Positions 18,252 through 26,145 of a stretch of 64,000 nucleotides of DNA are shown here, piece by piece (position 1 is the first letter of the stretch; every line of letters begins with the position of its first letter). A model generated the notes under the pieces. The model did not search any database, was not told the origin of the DNA, and saw only the letters and a program-made list of their open reading frames with translations. The position numbers and the translations under genes are program-made. Source of the stretch: Minisyncoccota bacterium (GTDB lineage: Bacteria > Patescibacteriota > Minisyncoccia > Phycocordibacterales > Phycocordibacteraceae); the NCBI GenBank assembly GCA_041660025.1, contig JBAZXD010000001.1, positions 305,851 through 369,850 on the forward strand, in the 5' to 3' direction.

Positions 18252-18413
18252 CTATTTCAACAGGAGGACAATCGTCGTCGCGAGCGAGATGAGCGTGGAG
18301 AGAAAGCCGGTCATAACCGCATAGAGCTGGAGCCGACGTGTGCGCGCGCTACGCCCGCCTCTTTTTTGAAGCGGCGCGCTCAAGAGTTGCTTCTGGCTAT
18401 AATCGAGACCCAT
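18252..18413 (-). CDS. Putative tail-anchored micro-protein (53 aa), paralog 2
   Basis: MGLDYSQKQLLSAPLQKRGGRSARTRRLQLYAVMTGFLSTLISLATTIVLLLK shares the RR..LQ.Y...TGF.STLISL core with its neighbour; antisense to listed ORF 18210..18428. Confidence 0.35.
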   Translation of the reverse strand: MGLDYSQKQLLSAPLQKRGGRSARTRRLQLYAVMTGFLSTLISLATTIVLLLK

Positions 18414-18419
18414 ACGGAG

Positions 18420-19190
18420 TTAGCATGAGACGTTCGCGATGATGTAATCGAACGCCTCATCGACCGAATTGACGAGCGTGTAGAGCTCCATATCGGACTT
18501 ATCGATGGCCGCGTGCTTCTCATAAATGGTCTTTTCGATGAACTCAAGAAGCGGAGACCAATACTCCTTGCCGTAGAGAATGATGGGCACTTTGCGGATC
18601 TTCTGCGTCTGCACGAGCGTCACGATCTCGAAGAACTCATCGAGCGTGCCGAAGCCGCCCGGGAAATATATATATACTTCCGACGCATAGGTCAGCATCA
18701 CCTTGCGCACGAAGAAATGGTCGAAGCCGAATCTCTCGTTGAGATAGGGATTGTAGTTCTGGGCATCCTGGAGATTGATGTTGAGCCCTACCGAGGCTCC
18801 TCCGACTTCGAACGCGCCTTTGTTCGCGGCCTGCATAACGCCGGAACTGCCGCCTGTGATGACGGCGAACCCTTTCTTCGAGAGCCGGCCCGCTAATTCT
18901 TCGGCGTCTTTGTACGAATTGTCCCCGAGCGTGGCGCGCGAACTGCCGAAGAATGACGCCGCGAGGCCGTACCGACGAATGATGTCGAATCCTTCGATGA
19001 ATTCCGACATTATCTTGAACACGCGCCAGGATTCTATCTTTCTCGGCTTGCAGACGAGAAGCGGCAGGCCGTCGTCGGGCATCGTGCGCTGTCCTTCGTG
19101 CACTACCTGCGCGAGCCGCTCGGCGGCCTCACGGGTCGGCAGTCCCTTCGATGAATCCACGGTCGGCATCCGGGTCAGATCGTCATTCAT
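18420..19190 (-). CDS. LOG-family protein (TIGR00730; cytokinin riboside 5'-monophosphate phosphoribohydrolase-like)
   Basis: GGSSGVM nucleotide-binding loop and PGGFGTLDEFFE motif. Confidence 0.85.
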   Translation of the reverse strand: MNDDLTRMPTVDSSKGLPTREAAERLAQVVHEGQRTMPDDGLPLLVCKPRKIESWRVFKIMSEFIEGFDIIRRYGLAASFFGSSRATLGDNSYKDAEELAGRLSKKGFAVITGGSSGVMQAANKGAFEVGGASVGLNINLQDAQNYNPYLNERFGFDHFFVRKVMLTYASEVYIYFPGGFGTLDEFFEIVTLVQTQKIRKVPIILYGKEYWSPLLEFIEKTIYEKHAAIDKSDMELYTLVNSVDEAFDYIIANVSC

Positions 19191-19215
19191 AGGAATATGC
19201 CGTAATGATAGCAGA

Positions 19216-19563
19216 TTAGAAACCCTTGCAGTTCACTGCCGGCGCATAGCCCGCGGCCGCGGCGGCCGCGGCAGAGGCGAACCACACCTTATTCGCCTCC
19301 GAGATGCGCTCTGCACCGGCGCACCCCGGCAAGTAATATTTCGTACCGGACTTCGAGGCGACGATCGGTCCCGCCGCCGATTCGGCGGCGGGGAGCGCCG
19401 TTTCGAGGGTCATTCCACCCACTTTCCCGACATCCAGACCCGCGAGATACCCCAAATAGAAGCTGAGCGAGGAAGCAAACACGAGGACCATGAGAACGAG
19501 CATATCCCGCGGCGCCTGGGCAACGAGACTTTTGCATTTTTCTCGCGCTTCTGCTATAGTCAT
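19216..19563 (-). CDS. Membrane-anchored protein with a C-terminal Y-x-P-x-C...N..F.S...A..AGY.P...C motif
   Basis: N-terminal TM helix; the C-terminus KYYLPGCAG..I.EANKVWFAS..AAAAAGYAPAVNC matches a conserved Cys-motif pattern (family name not recalled). Confidence 0.55.
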   Translation of the reverse strand: MTIAEAREKCKSLVAQAPRDMLVLMVLVFASSLSFYLGYLAGLDVGKVGGMTLETALPAAESAAGPIVASKSGTKYYLPGCAGAERISEANKVWFASAAAAAAAGYAPAVNCKGF

Positions 19564-19582
19564 CAGGTAAAACTATACCACT

Positions 19583-19855
19583 ATGGCATCAACGAAAGCA
19601 GGCGGCTCAGCGAAAAACCTTAATACTTCAAACCCGAAATACCTCGGCGTGAAGCTCGCCGACGGTGCATCGGCCCGCCCGGGAATGGTCATCGTCCGCC
19701 AGCGCGGCACGAAAATTGAGGCCGGCAAGAATGTGCGCGTCGGTCGCGACCACACGCTCTTCTCAATCGCGAACGGCACCGTCGCCTTCCGCACTCGCCG
19801 CAAGACGAACTTCACCGGCCGCATCATCTCCAAGACCGTCGCCGACGTCGTCTAA
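19583..19855 (+). CDS. rpmA: 50S ribosomal protein L27
   Basis: GGSAKN...LGVK..DG......IIVRQRGTK..AG.NVG.GRDHTLF pattern of L27. Confidence 0.92.
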   Translation: MASTKAGGSAKNLNTSNPKYLGVKLADGASARPGMVIVRQRGTKIEAGKNVRVGRDHTLFSIANGTVAFRTRRKTNFTGRIISKTVADVV

Positions 19856-19861
19856 CTTCAA

Positions 19862-19903
19862 ATAAAAAACACGGCGCCGGGAGGCGCCGTGTTTTTTATT
19901 TGA
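19862..19903. terminator. Bidirectional rho-independent terminator between rpmA and rplI
   Basis: ataaaaaacacggcgcc-ggga-ggcgccgtgttttttatt: a GC stem flanked by an A-run on one side and a T-run on the other. Confidence 0.6.
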
Positions 19904-19905
19904 AG

Positions 19906-20349
19906 TTACTCTGCTTCGATGGTTATAGAAAACTTCCCGAACGTATCCGCGGCCGCGACCGGGATATCGAACGTGCCGAGCTCCTTGATCGGCTTCTCGA
20001 GCTTGATGGCGTCTTCGGGGAGGTCGATATGCGCCTGCTCCTTCGCCGCCGAACGTATCTCGGGCTCCCCTACCGCGTCGTAGAGATGTCCCTTCTCGTT
20101 CGCTTTCACCTTAATCACGATACGCGTCTCTGCGAGCGTACTGATGTTCTGCGCGAGGAGTGCGGTATCGAGCGCCGAGCGGTCGGTCCTCTGCTTGCGG
20201 CGCGTCTCGGCCTCCTGGCTCGCTCCGGAGGTCGCGGGGATCGCGAATTTACCCGGAATGAGGTAATTAAGCGCGTAGCCGTCCGCCGCCTCCACTGCGT
20301 CATGAGCGCGCCCCATACCCTTCACGTCTTTGATCAAAATAACTTTCAT
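19906..20349 (-). CDS. rplI: 50S ribosomal protein L9
   Basis: MKVILIKDVKGMGRAHDAVEAADGYALNYLIP matches the L9 N-domain; start placed at the MKVIL Met. Confidence 0.88.
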   Translation of the reverse strand: MKVILIKDVKGMGRAHDAVEAADGYALNYLIPGKFAIPATSGASQEAETRRKQRTDRSALDTALLAQNISTLAETRIVIKVKANEKGHLYDAVGEPEIRSAAKEQAHIDLPEDAIKLEKPIKELGTFDIPVAAADTFGKFSITIEAE

Positions 20350-20444
20350 ATCAGCCACCTTACTGCAAAGTGAGCCGAATTGCAAGACATTTCCTAATGT
20401 TTTGCGTGAGGCGAACGCATGCAGAAAGCCCTTCCGAGGGCTTA

Positions 20445-21722
20445 CTATTTGCCCGTAGTCAAAAATTGTATCGCGCGGGCCATTTGCGGGTCTACCTTCG
20501 GGATGGTGGTGGCGCCGGGGGCGTTATACGCGACGGTGATGTCCGGCGTGATGCCGTTGCCCATAATCCAGTGGCCAGCGGGAGTGATCCAGCGCGCGAC
20601 CGTCACCTTGAGCGAGCCGCCCGCGAGGTCGATGAGCGTCTGCACCGAGCCCTTCCCGAACGATTTTGTGCCGATAACCGTTCCCGCATCATTATCCTGG
20701 AGCGCGCCCGCGACTATCTCAGAGGCAGAGGCGGAACCGCCGTCGATAAGCACGACGATCTTCGTCCCCGCCGATACATCGGCGTACCCGTAGCTCGTGT
20801 GCACATTGTTCGGCTCCTTCCCGCCGAAATCTTCGGTCACTATCTTCGCGCCCTTGGGCAAGAAGTGGCTCACGATATCAACCGCCGCGTCGAGGTAGCC
20901 GCCCGGGTTGCCGCGCAGGTCGATGACCAGCTTCTTCGAGCCGGAGGAGTAGAAGCGCGCGAGCGCCTTGGCGAAGAGGGTCGGCGAACTGGAGGTGAAT
21001 TGATAGAGCGCGATGTGATACACACCGCTCGCCTCGTCGATGCCGTCGTCCGTCTCCGGGATCTGAATTGTCTGACGGATGATCTTGATGTCGAGGAGCT
21101 TGCCGTCGCGGATGATAGTGAGCTCGACCGTCGTGCCGACCGGACCGCGGATCTGGCTCACCGCTTTCTCGGTCGAGACGCCGTCGGTCGACTTCCCGTC
21201 GATAGCGGCGATCTGGTCGCCTGACTTAATTCCCGCCGCTTCCGCGGGGGTGCCCTTCAAGGGAGCGACGACGGTCAGGATGCCGTTCTTCACATCAATC
21301 TCCATACCGACGCCGGCGAAGCTTCCCGAGATGGTCTCGGCGAACGCCTGAGCCTCCTTCGGCGGAAGGAAGACGGTGTAGGGGTCTCCGTACGAGGAAG
21401 CGAGACCCTGAATAGCGCCGAAGAGGCGCTCCTTGCCTGTGGGGAGAGTCGAAGAGGCTTGCGTGATGACGTAATTCGCCTCAAGCGCGTTCCACGCCTT
21501 CCAGAAGTTGGCGAGATCGACGTTTGCATCCGGCGTCGCGTCGAGGCCGTCGCCGATGAGCGGAATGCGCGCGACGACTGCGGCGGCAGAGTTGTTGCCG
21601 CTTACGGCGAATCCGGCGCTAAAGGCAAGAGCGGCGACGAGCGCGAAGGAGATGCCGCGCGTCGCGATAGAACGCCCGCGCTTGAATACTTCCTGCGGTT
21701 CCATATCCCGGGAGTATACCAT
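20445..21722 (-). CDS. Carboxyl-terminal processing protease (S41, Ctp/Prc) with PDZ domain
   Basis: PDZ segment (GSFAGVGMEIDV...GDQIAAIDGKST) followed by the S41 core (GNPGGYLDAAVDIVSHF...GSASASEIVAGALQD...KSFGKGSVQ). Confidence 0.85.
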   Translation of the reverse strand: MVYSRDMEPQEVFKRGRSIATRGISFALVAALAFSAGFAVSGNNSAAAVVARIPLIGDGLDATPDANVDLANFWKAWNALEANYVITQASSTLPTGKERLFGAIQGLASSYGDPYTVFLPPKEAQAFAETISGSFAGVGMEIDVKNGILTVVAPLKGTPAEAAGIKSGDQIAAIDGKSTDGVSTEKAVSQIRGPVGTTVELTIIRDGKLLDIKIIRQTIQIPETDDGIDEASGVYHIALYQFTSSSPTLFAKALARFYSSGSKKLVIDLRGNPGGYLDAAVDIVSHFLPKGAKIVTEDFGGKEPNNVHTSYGYADVSAGTKIVVLIDGGSASASEIVAGALQDNDAGTVIGTKSFGKGSVQTLIDLAGGSLKVTVARWITPAGHWIMGNGITPDITVAYNAPGATTIPKVDPQMARAIQFLTTGK

Positions 21723-21774
21723 CGCGCGGTGGAACGAGACAGTACGGTGAGGCGACGCATGGTATTCTAGACGT

Positions 21775-22695
21775 ATGATATTCCGGTATGCGTACCCGGG
21801 CGGCGTATGGGTAGACCTCGAACGTCCAAGCGTCGATGAGATCCAGCAAATCGCGGAAGAATTTTCGATCAACGAACGCATCAAAGACGAGCTCGTCTTC
21901 CCTACCCCCTCGCCGCTCGTCGCCCAGGACGAGCGAATGGCGCTCCTGGTGCTTCACTTCCCCACTCACGAGACGGACGGCGGCGAGACGAAGAGTCAGG
22001 AGATCGACTTCGTCGTCGGAAGCAATTTCATCGTGACCGTGCGCTACGACGTTGTCGTACCGCTCCACCATCTGAAAAAAGTGTTGGAGACGCAGGAGCT
22101 CGTCGGCGAGCATGAGGGGATCGCCACCGATGTCCTGCTCGAGATACTCTTCGCACATCTCTACACCTCCGCGCGCGACCAGACCAATCATCTCGCGAGC
22201 AATCTCTCGCACGTCGAGCGCGAGATGTTCGACGGCCACGAGCGCGCGACGGTGCGGCGTATATCGGATATCGGCCGCGAATTCCTGCATTTGGATGCGG
22301 CGCTCGCGGACCAAGAGGAGACGCTGGTCTGCTTCCTGAAGATGCTCGCCGGCCGCGGCTTCTTCGGCGCTTCATTCGCCGAACGCTCGGAGCGCATCCT
22401 GACCGAGCGCACGCAGGTAATGCGGCTTGTCGGGACGCATCGCACCATCGCGAGCGAGCTGCGCCAGACCAACACCGCCCTGCTTGAAGCACGTCAGAAC
22501 GAAATTATGAAGACGCTCACGACGATCACCGTGCTCGTCCTTCCGCTCGAACTCATCGCCTCCGTTCTCGTCTTGCATCTGCCCGGAACGCCCCTTTTGG
22601 ATAATCCGAACGCCTTCTATATCGTTCTGGCGATCATGTTCGGCGCCGTCGGGCTCACGACGATATTCTTCATCCGCAAGCGCTGGATATTCTGA
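21775..22695 (+). CDS. CorA-like divalent cation transporter, divergent (no canonical GMN motif)
   Basis: Cytoplasmic alpha/beta domain plus two C-terminal TM helices in a CorA arrangement. At the position of YGMNF the sequence reads VLHLPG. Confidence 0.65.
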   Translation: MIFRYAYPGGVWVDLERPSVDEIQQIAEEFSINERIKDELVFPTPSPLVAQDERMALLVLHFPTHETDGGETKSQEIDFVVGSNFIVTVRYDVVVPLHHLKKVLETQELVGEHEGIATDVLLEILFAHLYTSARDQTNHLASNLSHVEREMFDGHERATVRRISDIGREFLHLDAALADQEETLVCFLKMLAGRGFFGASFAERSERILTERTQVMRLVGTHRTIASELRQTNTALLEARQNEIMKTLTTITVLVLPLELIASVLVLHLPGTPLLDNPNAFYIVLAIMFGAVGLTTIFFIRKRWIF

Positions 22696-22698
22696 CGT

Positions 22699-24159
22699 AT
22701 GGAGTGGCTTGATCGCATACTGAAGAAACGAACCCCCGCCCCGCGCCTCCGCCCCGCGCAAGTATTTTTCACCAACACGCTCTCGAGCTCGAAAGAGCTT
22801 TTCATATCCCAGCGGCCCGGAGTCGTCTTGATGTATACCTGCGGACCAACGGTCTATAGCCGGGCGCATATCGGCAATCTGCGAGCGCAAGTCTTCTCGG
22901 ACACGGTCGCCCGCGTGCTTGGCTCTGCGGGCTACCACGTGCGGCGCGTCATCAACATCACCGATGTCGGCCACCTCGTCGGCGATGGCGACCGCGGCGA
23001 GGACAAGATGAATGTGGGGGCGGCGCGCGAACACACGACACCCGCGGCGATCGCAGAACGCTACACGAAGCTCTTTATCGAAGACCTCGCCGAGCTCAAC
23101 ATCAATACTGATGATATCCGGTTCCCGCGCGCGACCGACTACATTAAAGAACAGATTGCGCTCGCGAAGACGCTTGAGGAAAAAGGGTTCGCTTACCGCA
23201 TCGCGGACGGCCTCTACTTCGACACCGGGCGATTCCCGAATTACGGCAGGCTCGGCAACCGCCAGAACGCCGAGCTGAAGAGAGAGGCGCGCGTCCCGCT
23301 CGTCAAAGGCAAACGGCACCCGAACGATTTCGCGCTCTGGCGCACAGCGAAGCCGCACGACCTCCAGCAGTGGGACAGTCCGTGGGGCCGCGGCAATCCG
23401 GGCTGGCACATCGAATGCTCGGCGATGATCCGCGCACTCTTGGGCCAGGAAATCGATATCCATACCGGCGGCGAAGATCTCGCACAGATACATCACAATA
23501 ATGAGATCGCGCAATCTGAAGCAGCGAGCGGCCGCCCGTTCGTCCATTACTGGATGCACAATGCTTTCCTGAATATGGGAGGCGAGAGGGTTTCGAAGTC
23601 GATCGGAAACGTCGTGTATCTCTCGGACATTATTGAAAAAGGATTCTCTTCTCTCTCGATGCGCTATTTCTTCTTCCAGGCGCACTACCGCACTCCCCTC
23701 TCCTTCTCCTGGGACGCGCTTGCGGGAGCCGCCGGCGCGCTCGACCGGCTCTGGAGACTCGCGCGCGATGTCGCAGATGAATCCAAACGCAAGAGTGCTC
23801 CTTCCGAAGCGCGCGAGCACTTCTTGGTGGCGATGCGCGACGACCTCGCGACACCGCAAGCGCTCGGCATCCTCTGGGACGCACTCAGGAGCGAAGACTA
23901 TGCCCCCGAGGAGAAATGGGGTCTCCTCGAGGACGCCGAGACGCACCTCGGGCTCTCACTCACGCACCCGCCCGCCATAGGCATCCTTACCGAAGCCGAG
24001 ATACCCAAGGAGGTGCGCGAATTGCTTGCTCGCAGGGAGGCAGCGCGCAATTCCAAGGATTTCAGGGAGGCTGACCTCCTCCGGGTCGAGATCGAGAACA
24101 GTGGATATCGTGTGGATGACGGGCCCTCCGGAGCAGTGTTGATTCGGAAGACTTTTTGA
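22699..24159 (+). CDS. cysS: Cysteinyl-tRNA synthetase
   Basis: CGPTVYSRAHIGN (HIGH), the Zn-binding Cys, and a KMSKS-like RVSKSIGN motif. Confidence 0.92.
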   Translation: MEWLDRILKKRTPAPRLRPAQVFFTNTLSSSKELFISQRPGVVLMYTCGPTVYSRAHIGNLRAQVFSDTVARVLGSAGYHVRRVINITDVGHLVGDGDRGEDKMNVGAAREHTTPAAIAERYTKLFIEDLAELNINTDDIRFPRATDYIKEQIALAKTLEEKGFAYRIADGLYFDTGRFPNYGRLGNRQNAELKREARVPLVKGKRHPNDFALWRTAKPHDLQQWDSPWGRGNPGWHIECSAMIRALLGQEIDIHTGGEDLAQIHHNNEIAQSEAASGRPFVHYWMHNAFLNMGGERVSKSIGNVVYLSDIIEKGFSSLSMRYFFFQAHYRTPLSFSWDALAGAAGALDRLWRLARDVADESKRKSAPSEAREHFLVAMRDDLATPQALGILWDALRSEDYAPEEKWGLLEDAETHLGLSLTHPPAIGILTEAEIPKEVRELLARREAARNSKDFREADLLRVEIENSGYRVDDGPSGAVLIRKTF

Positions 24160-25532
24160 TACAATTGGCGGCAATGGCTTCTGCCGATCGCGTCCCGCCC
24201 CAGTCGCTCGAATCCGAGCGCGCACTTCTCGGCGCCCTCCTCTTGAAGCCCGATGCGGTGCACGATGTCTCGGACCTCATCCACAGCGACTCCTTCTACG
24301 CGGAGAAACACCGACTCATCTTCGGTGCGATGCGCGAGCTCGCCGACCGCGGCGAACCGATCGACCAGCTCTCCCTCTCCGCGCGCCTCCAAGACCAGGG
24401 ACTGCTCGAGCGCGCCGGCGGCAGGAGCTACCTCGCCGAACTTGCCGGCTCGGCACCGACGCCCGGCAACTTCTCCCACTACGCCGAACTCGTCTCGCGC
24501 AAATACTTGATGCGTTCTCTCATCGATGCCGCGTACGGCATTACCGAATCCGCCTTCGACGACGCACGCGAAACGATGGAGGTGCTCGACGAAGCCGAGA
24601 AGAGTATCTACGCCATCGGCAATGCCTCCGCCGCGCATAAGTTCACCGCGATCGGCGACAAGATACACGAAGCGTGGGAGCGCATCGAGGCACTCTCCCA
24701 TAAGGAGGACGGCATCCGCGGCGTCCCGTCGGGCTTCCCCGCTCTCGACAATCTCCTCTCGGGCTTCCATCCCTCCGACCTCGTCATCATCGCCGCGCGC
24801 CCCTCGGTCGGTAAAACTTCGCTCGCGCTCGACATCGCGCGCAACGCCGCCGTGCGCCACAACGTCCCGGTCGGCATATTCTCCCTCGAGATGAGCTCTG
24901 AGCAGATCATCGACCGTATGCTCTCCGCGGAATCGTTCGTCAACTCGTGGAAACTGCGCACCGGGCAGGTACGGGACGAAGAGGACTTCAGTCGCATCCG
25001 CGATGCGCTCGAGATCCTTTCGAAGGCGCCCATTTACATCGACGACAAGCCGGGCAATAACATCCTCGCGATGCGTGCCGTAGCACGGCGGCTGAAGCGC
25101 GAGCGCGGCATCGGTCTCATCATCGTCGACTACCTCCAGCTTATGGCGCCGACCACGACGAAAGCCTCTGACTCGATGGTCCAGCAGATAACGGAGATTT
25201 CCCGCTCGTTGAAAGGACTTGCGCGCGAGCTCGAAGTGCCGGTCATCGCGCTCTCCCAGCTCTCGCGCGCGGTGGAACAAAGAGGCGGCAAACCGCGCCT
25301 CTCCGACCTCCGCGACTCGGGCTCAATCGAGCAGGACGCTGACGTGGTGATGTTCATTCATCGCGACGATAAGAGTAATAAGGAGAGCGACCGCCCGAAC
25401 ATCGCCGAAATCCTCATCGAGAAGCACCGCAACGGCCCGACGGGTAAGACCGAGCTTTACTTCGACGAGAAGCGCGCCACCTTCCAGCCGGTCGACACCG
25501 CGGGCTACGGCGAACTCGCCGCGGAATTTTAA
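24156..25532 (+). CDS. dnaB: Replicative DNA helicase
   Basis: N-terminal ESERALLGALLL primase-binding domain and a C-terminal RecA-like domain with Walker A RPSVGKTS. Confidence 0.92.
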   Translation: MIQLAAMASADRVPPQSLESERALLGALLLKPDAVHDVSDLIHSDSFYAEKHRLIFGAMRELADRGEPIDQLSLSARLQDQGLLERAGGRSYLAELAGSAPTPGNFSHYAELVSRKYLMRSLIDAAYGITESAFDDARETMEVLDEAEKSIYAIGNASAAHKFTAIGDKIHEAWERIEALSHKEDGIRGVPSGFPALDNLLSGFHPSDLVIIAARPSVGKTSLALDIARNAAVRHNVPVGIFSLEMSSEQIIDRMLSAESFVNSWKLRTGQVRDEEDFSRIRDALEILSKAPIYIDDKPGNNILAMRAVARRLKRERGIGLIIVDYLQLMAPTTTKASDSMVQQITEISRSLKGLARELEVPVIALSQLSRAVEQRGGKPRLSDLRDSGSIEQDADVVMFIHRDDKSNKESDRPNIAEILIEKHRNGPTGKTELYFDEKRATFQPVDTAGYGELAAEF

Positions 25533-26137
25533 TGATGGATAAGATAGACGAACTCGCGTCCGCGCTCGCCCGCCTCCCCGGCATCGGGCCGCGTCAGGGC
25601 AAGCGATTCGTTTTTTACTTGCTTTCCGCACCGGCTACCGAACGTACGAAGCTCGCGGAGCTCATCGCCTCGCTCGGCAAAGATGTCCGCCAGTGCCCCG
25701 ACTGTCTGCGTTTCTATAACGGCACTACGGCGAATCTCTGCGGCTACTGCTCCGACACGAGGCGCGATGATGCTCAACTGATGCTCGTCGAGAAGGACCA
25801 GGATCTCGCGGCAGTCGAGCGCGCCGGCACGTACAAAGGCCGCTATTTCGTCCTTGGCGGTGTGCTCACCCTCTCGGGCAAGGGCGCCATCCGCGAAAAA
25901 GAATTATTGAAAATAGTGGAGAAACGCCTGAAAAATAATTTAAAAGAAGTCGTGCTCGCACTCTCGGCGACCTCTGAGGGCGAGCACACGGCCGACCGTG
26001 TGCGCGAGCTCCTTGCTCCCTACCGCGACTCGGTGGTGACCTCGATACTCGGTCGCGGACTCTCTACCGGCAGTGAGCTCGAATATTCCGACGCCGAGAC
26101 GCTCCGCGCCGCCCTCACGAACCGCAAAGAAACCTGA
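25532..26137 (+). CDS. recR: Recombination protein RecR
   Basis: LPGIGPRQGKRF HhH, C4 zinc finger (CPDC...CGYC), Toprim. Confidence 0.92.
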   Translation: MMDKIDELASALARLPGIGPRQGKRFVFYLLSAPATERTKLAELIASLGKDVRQCPDCLRFYNGTTANLCGYCSDTRRDDAQLMLVEKDQDLAAVERAGTYKGRYFVLGGVLTLSGKGAIREKELLKIVEKRLKNNLKEVVLALSATSEGEHTADRVRELLAPYRDSVVTSILGRGLSTGSELEYSDAETLRAALTNRKET

Positions 26138-26145
26138 CCGCACGC

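Noticed and set aside
20370-21224. 284-aa + strand ORF
   Set aside because: Antisense to the S41 protease gene.
22372-23946. 524-aa minus-strand ORF
   Set aside because: Antisense shadow of cysS in high-GC DNA; Arg/Glu-rich with no motifs, while cysS on the + strand has clear HIGH/KMSKS motifs.
23898-25280. 460-aa minus-strand ORF
   Set aside because: Antisense to dnaB; low-complexity composition.
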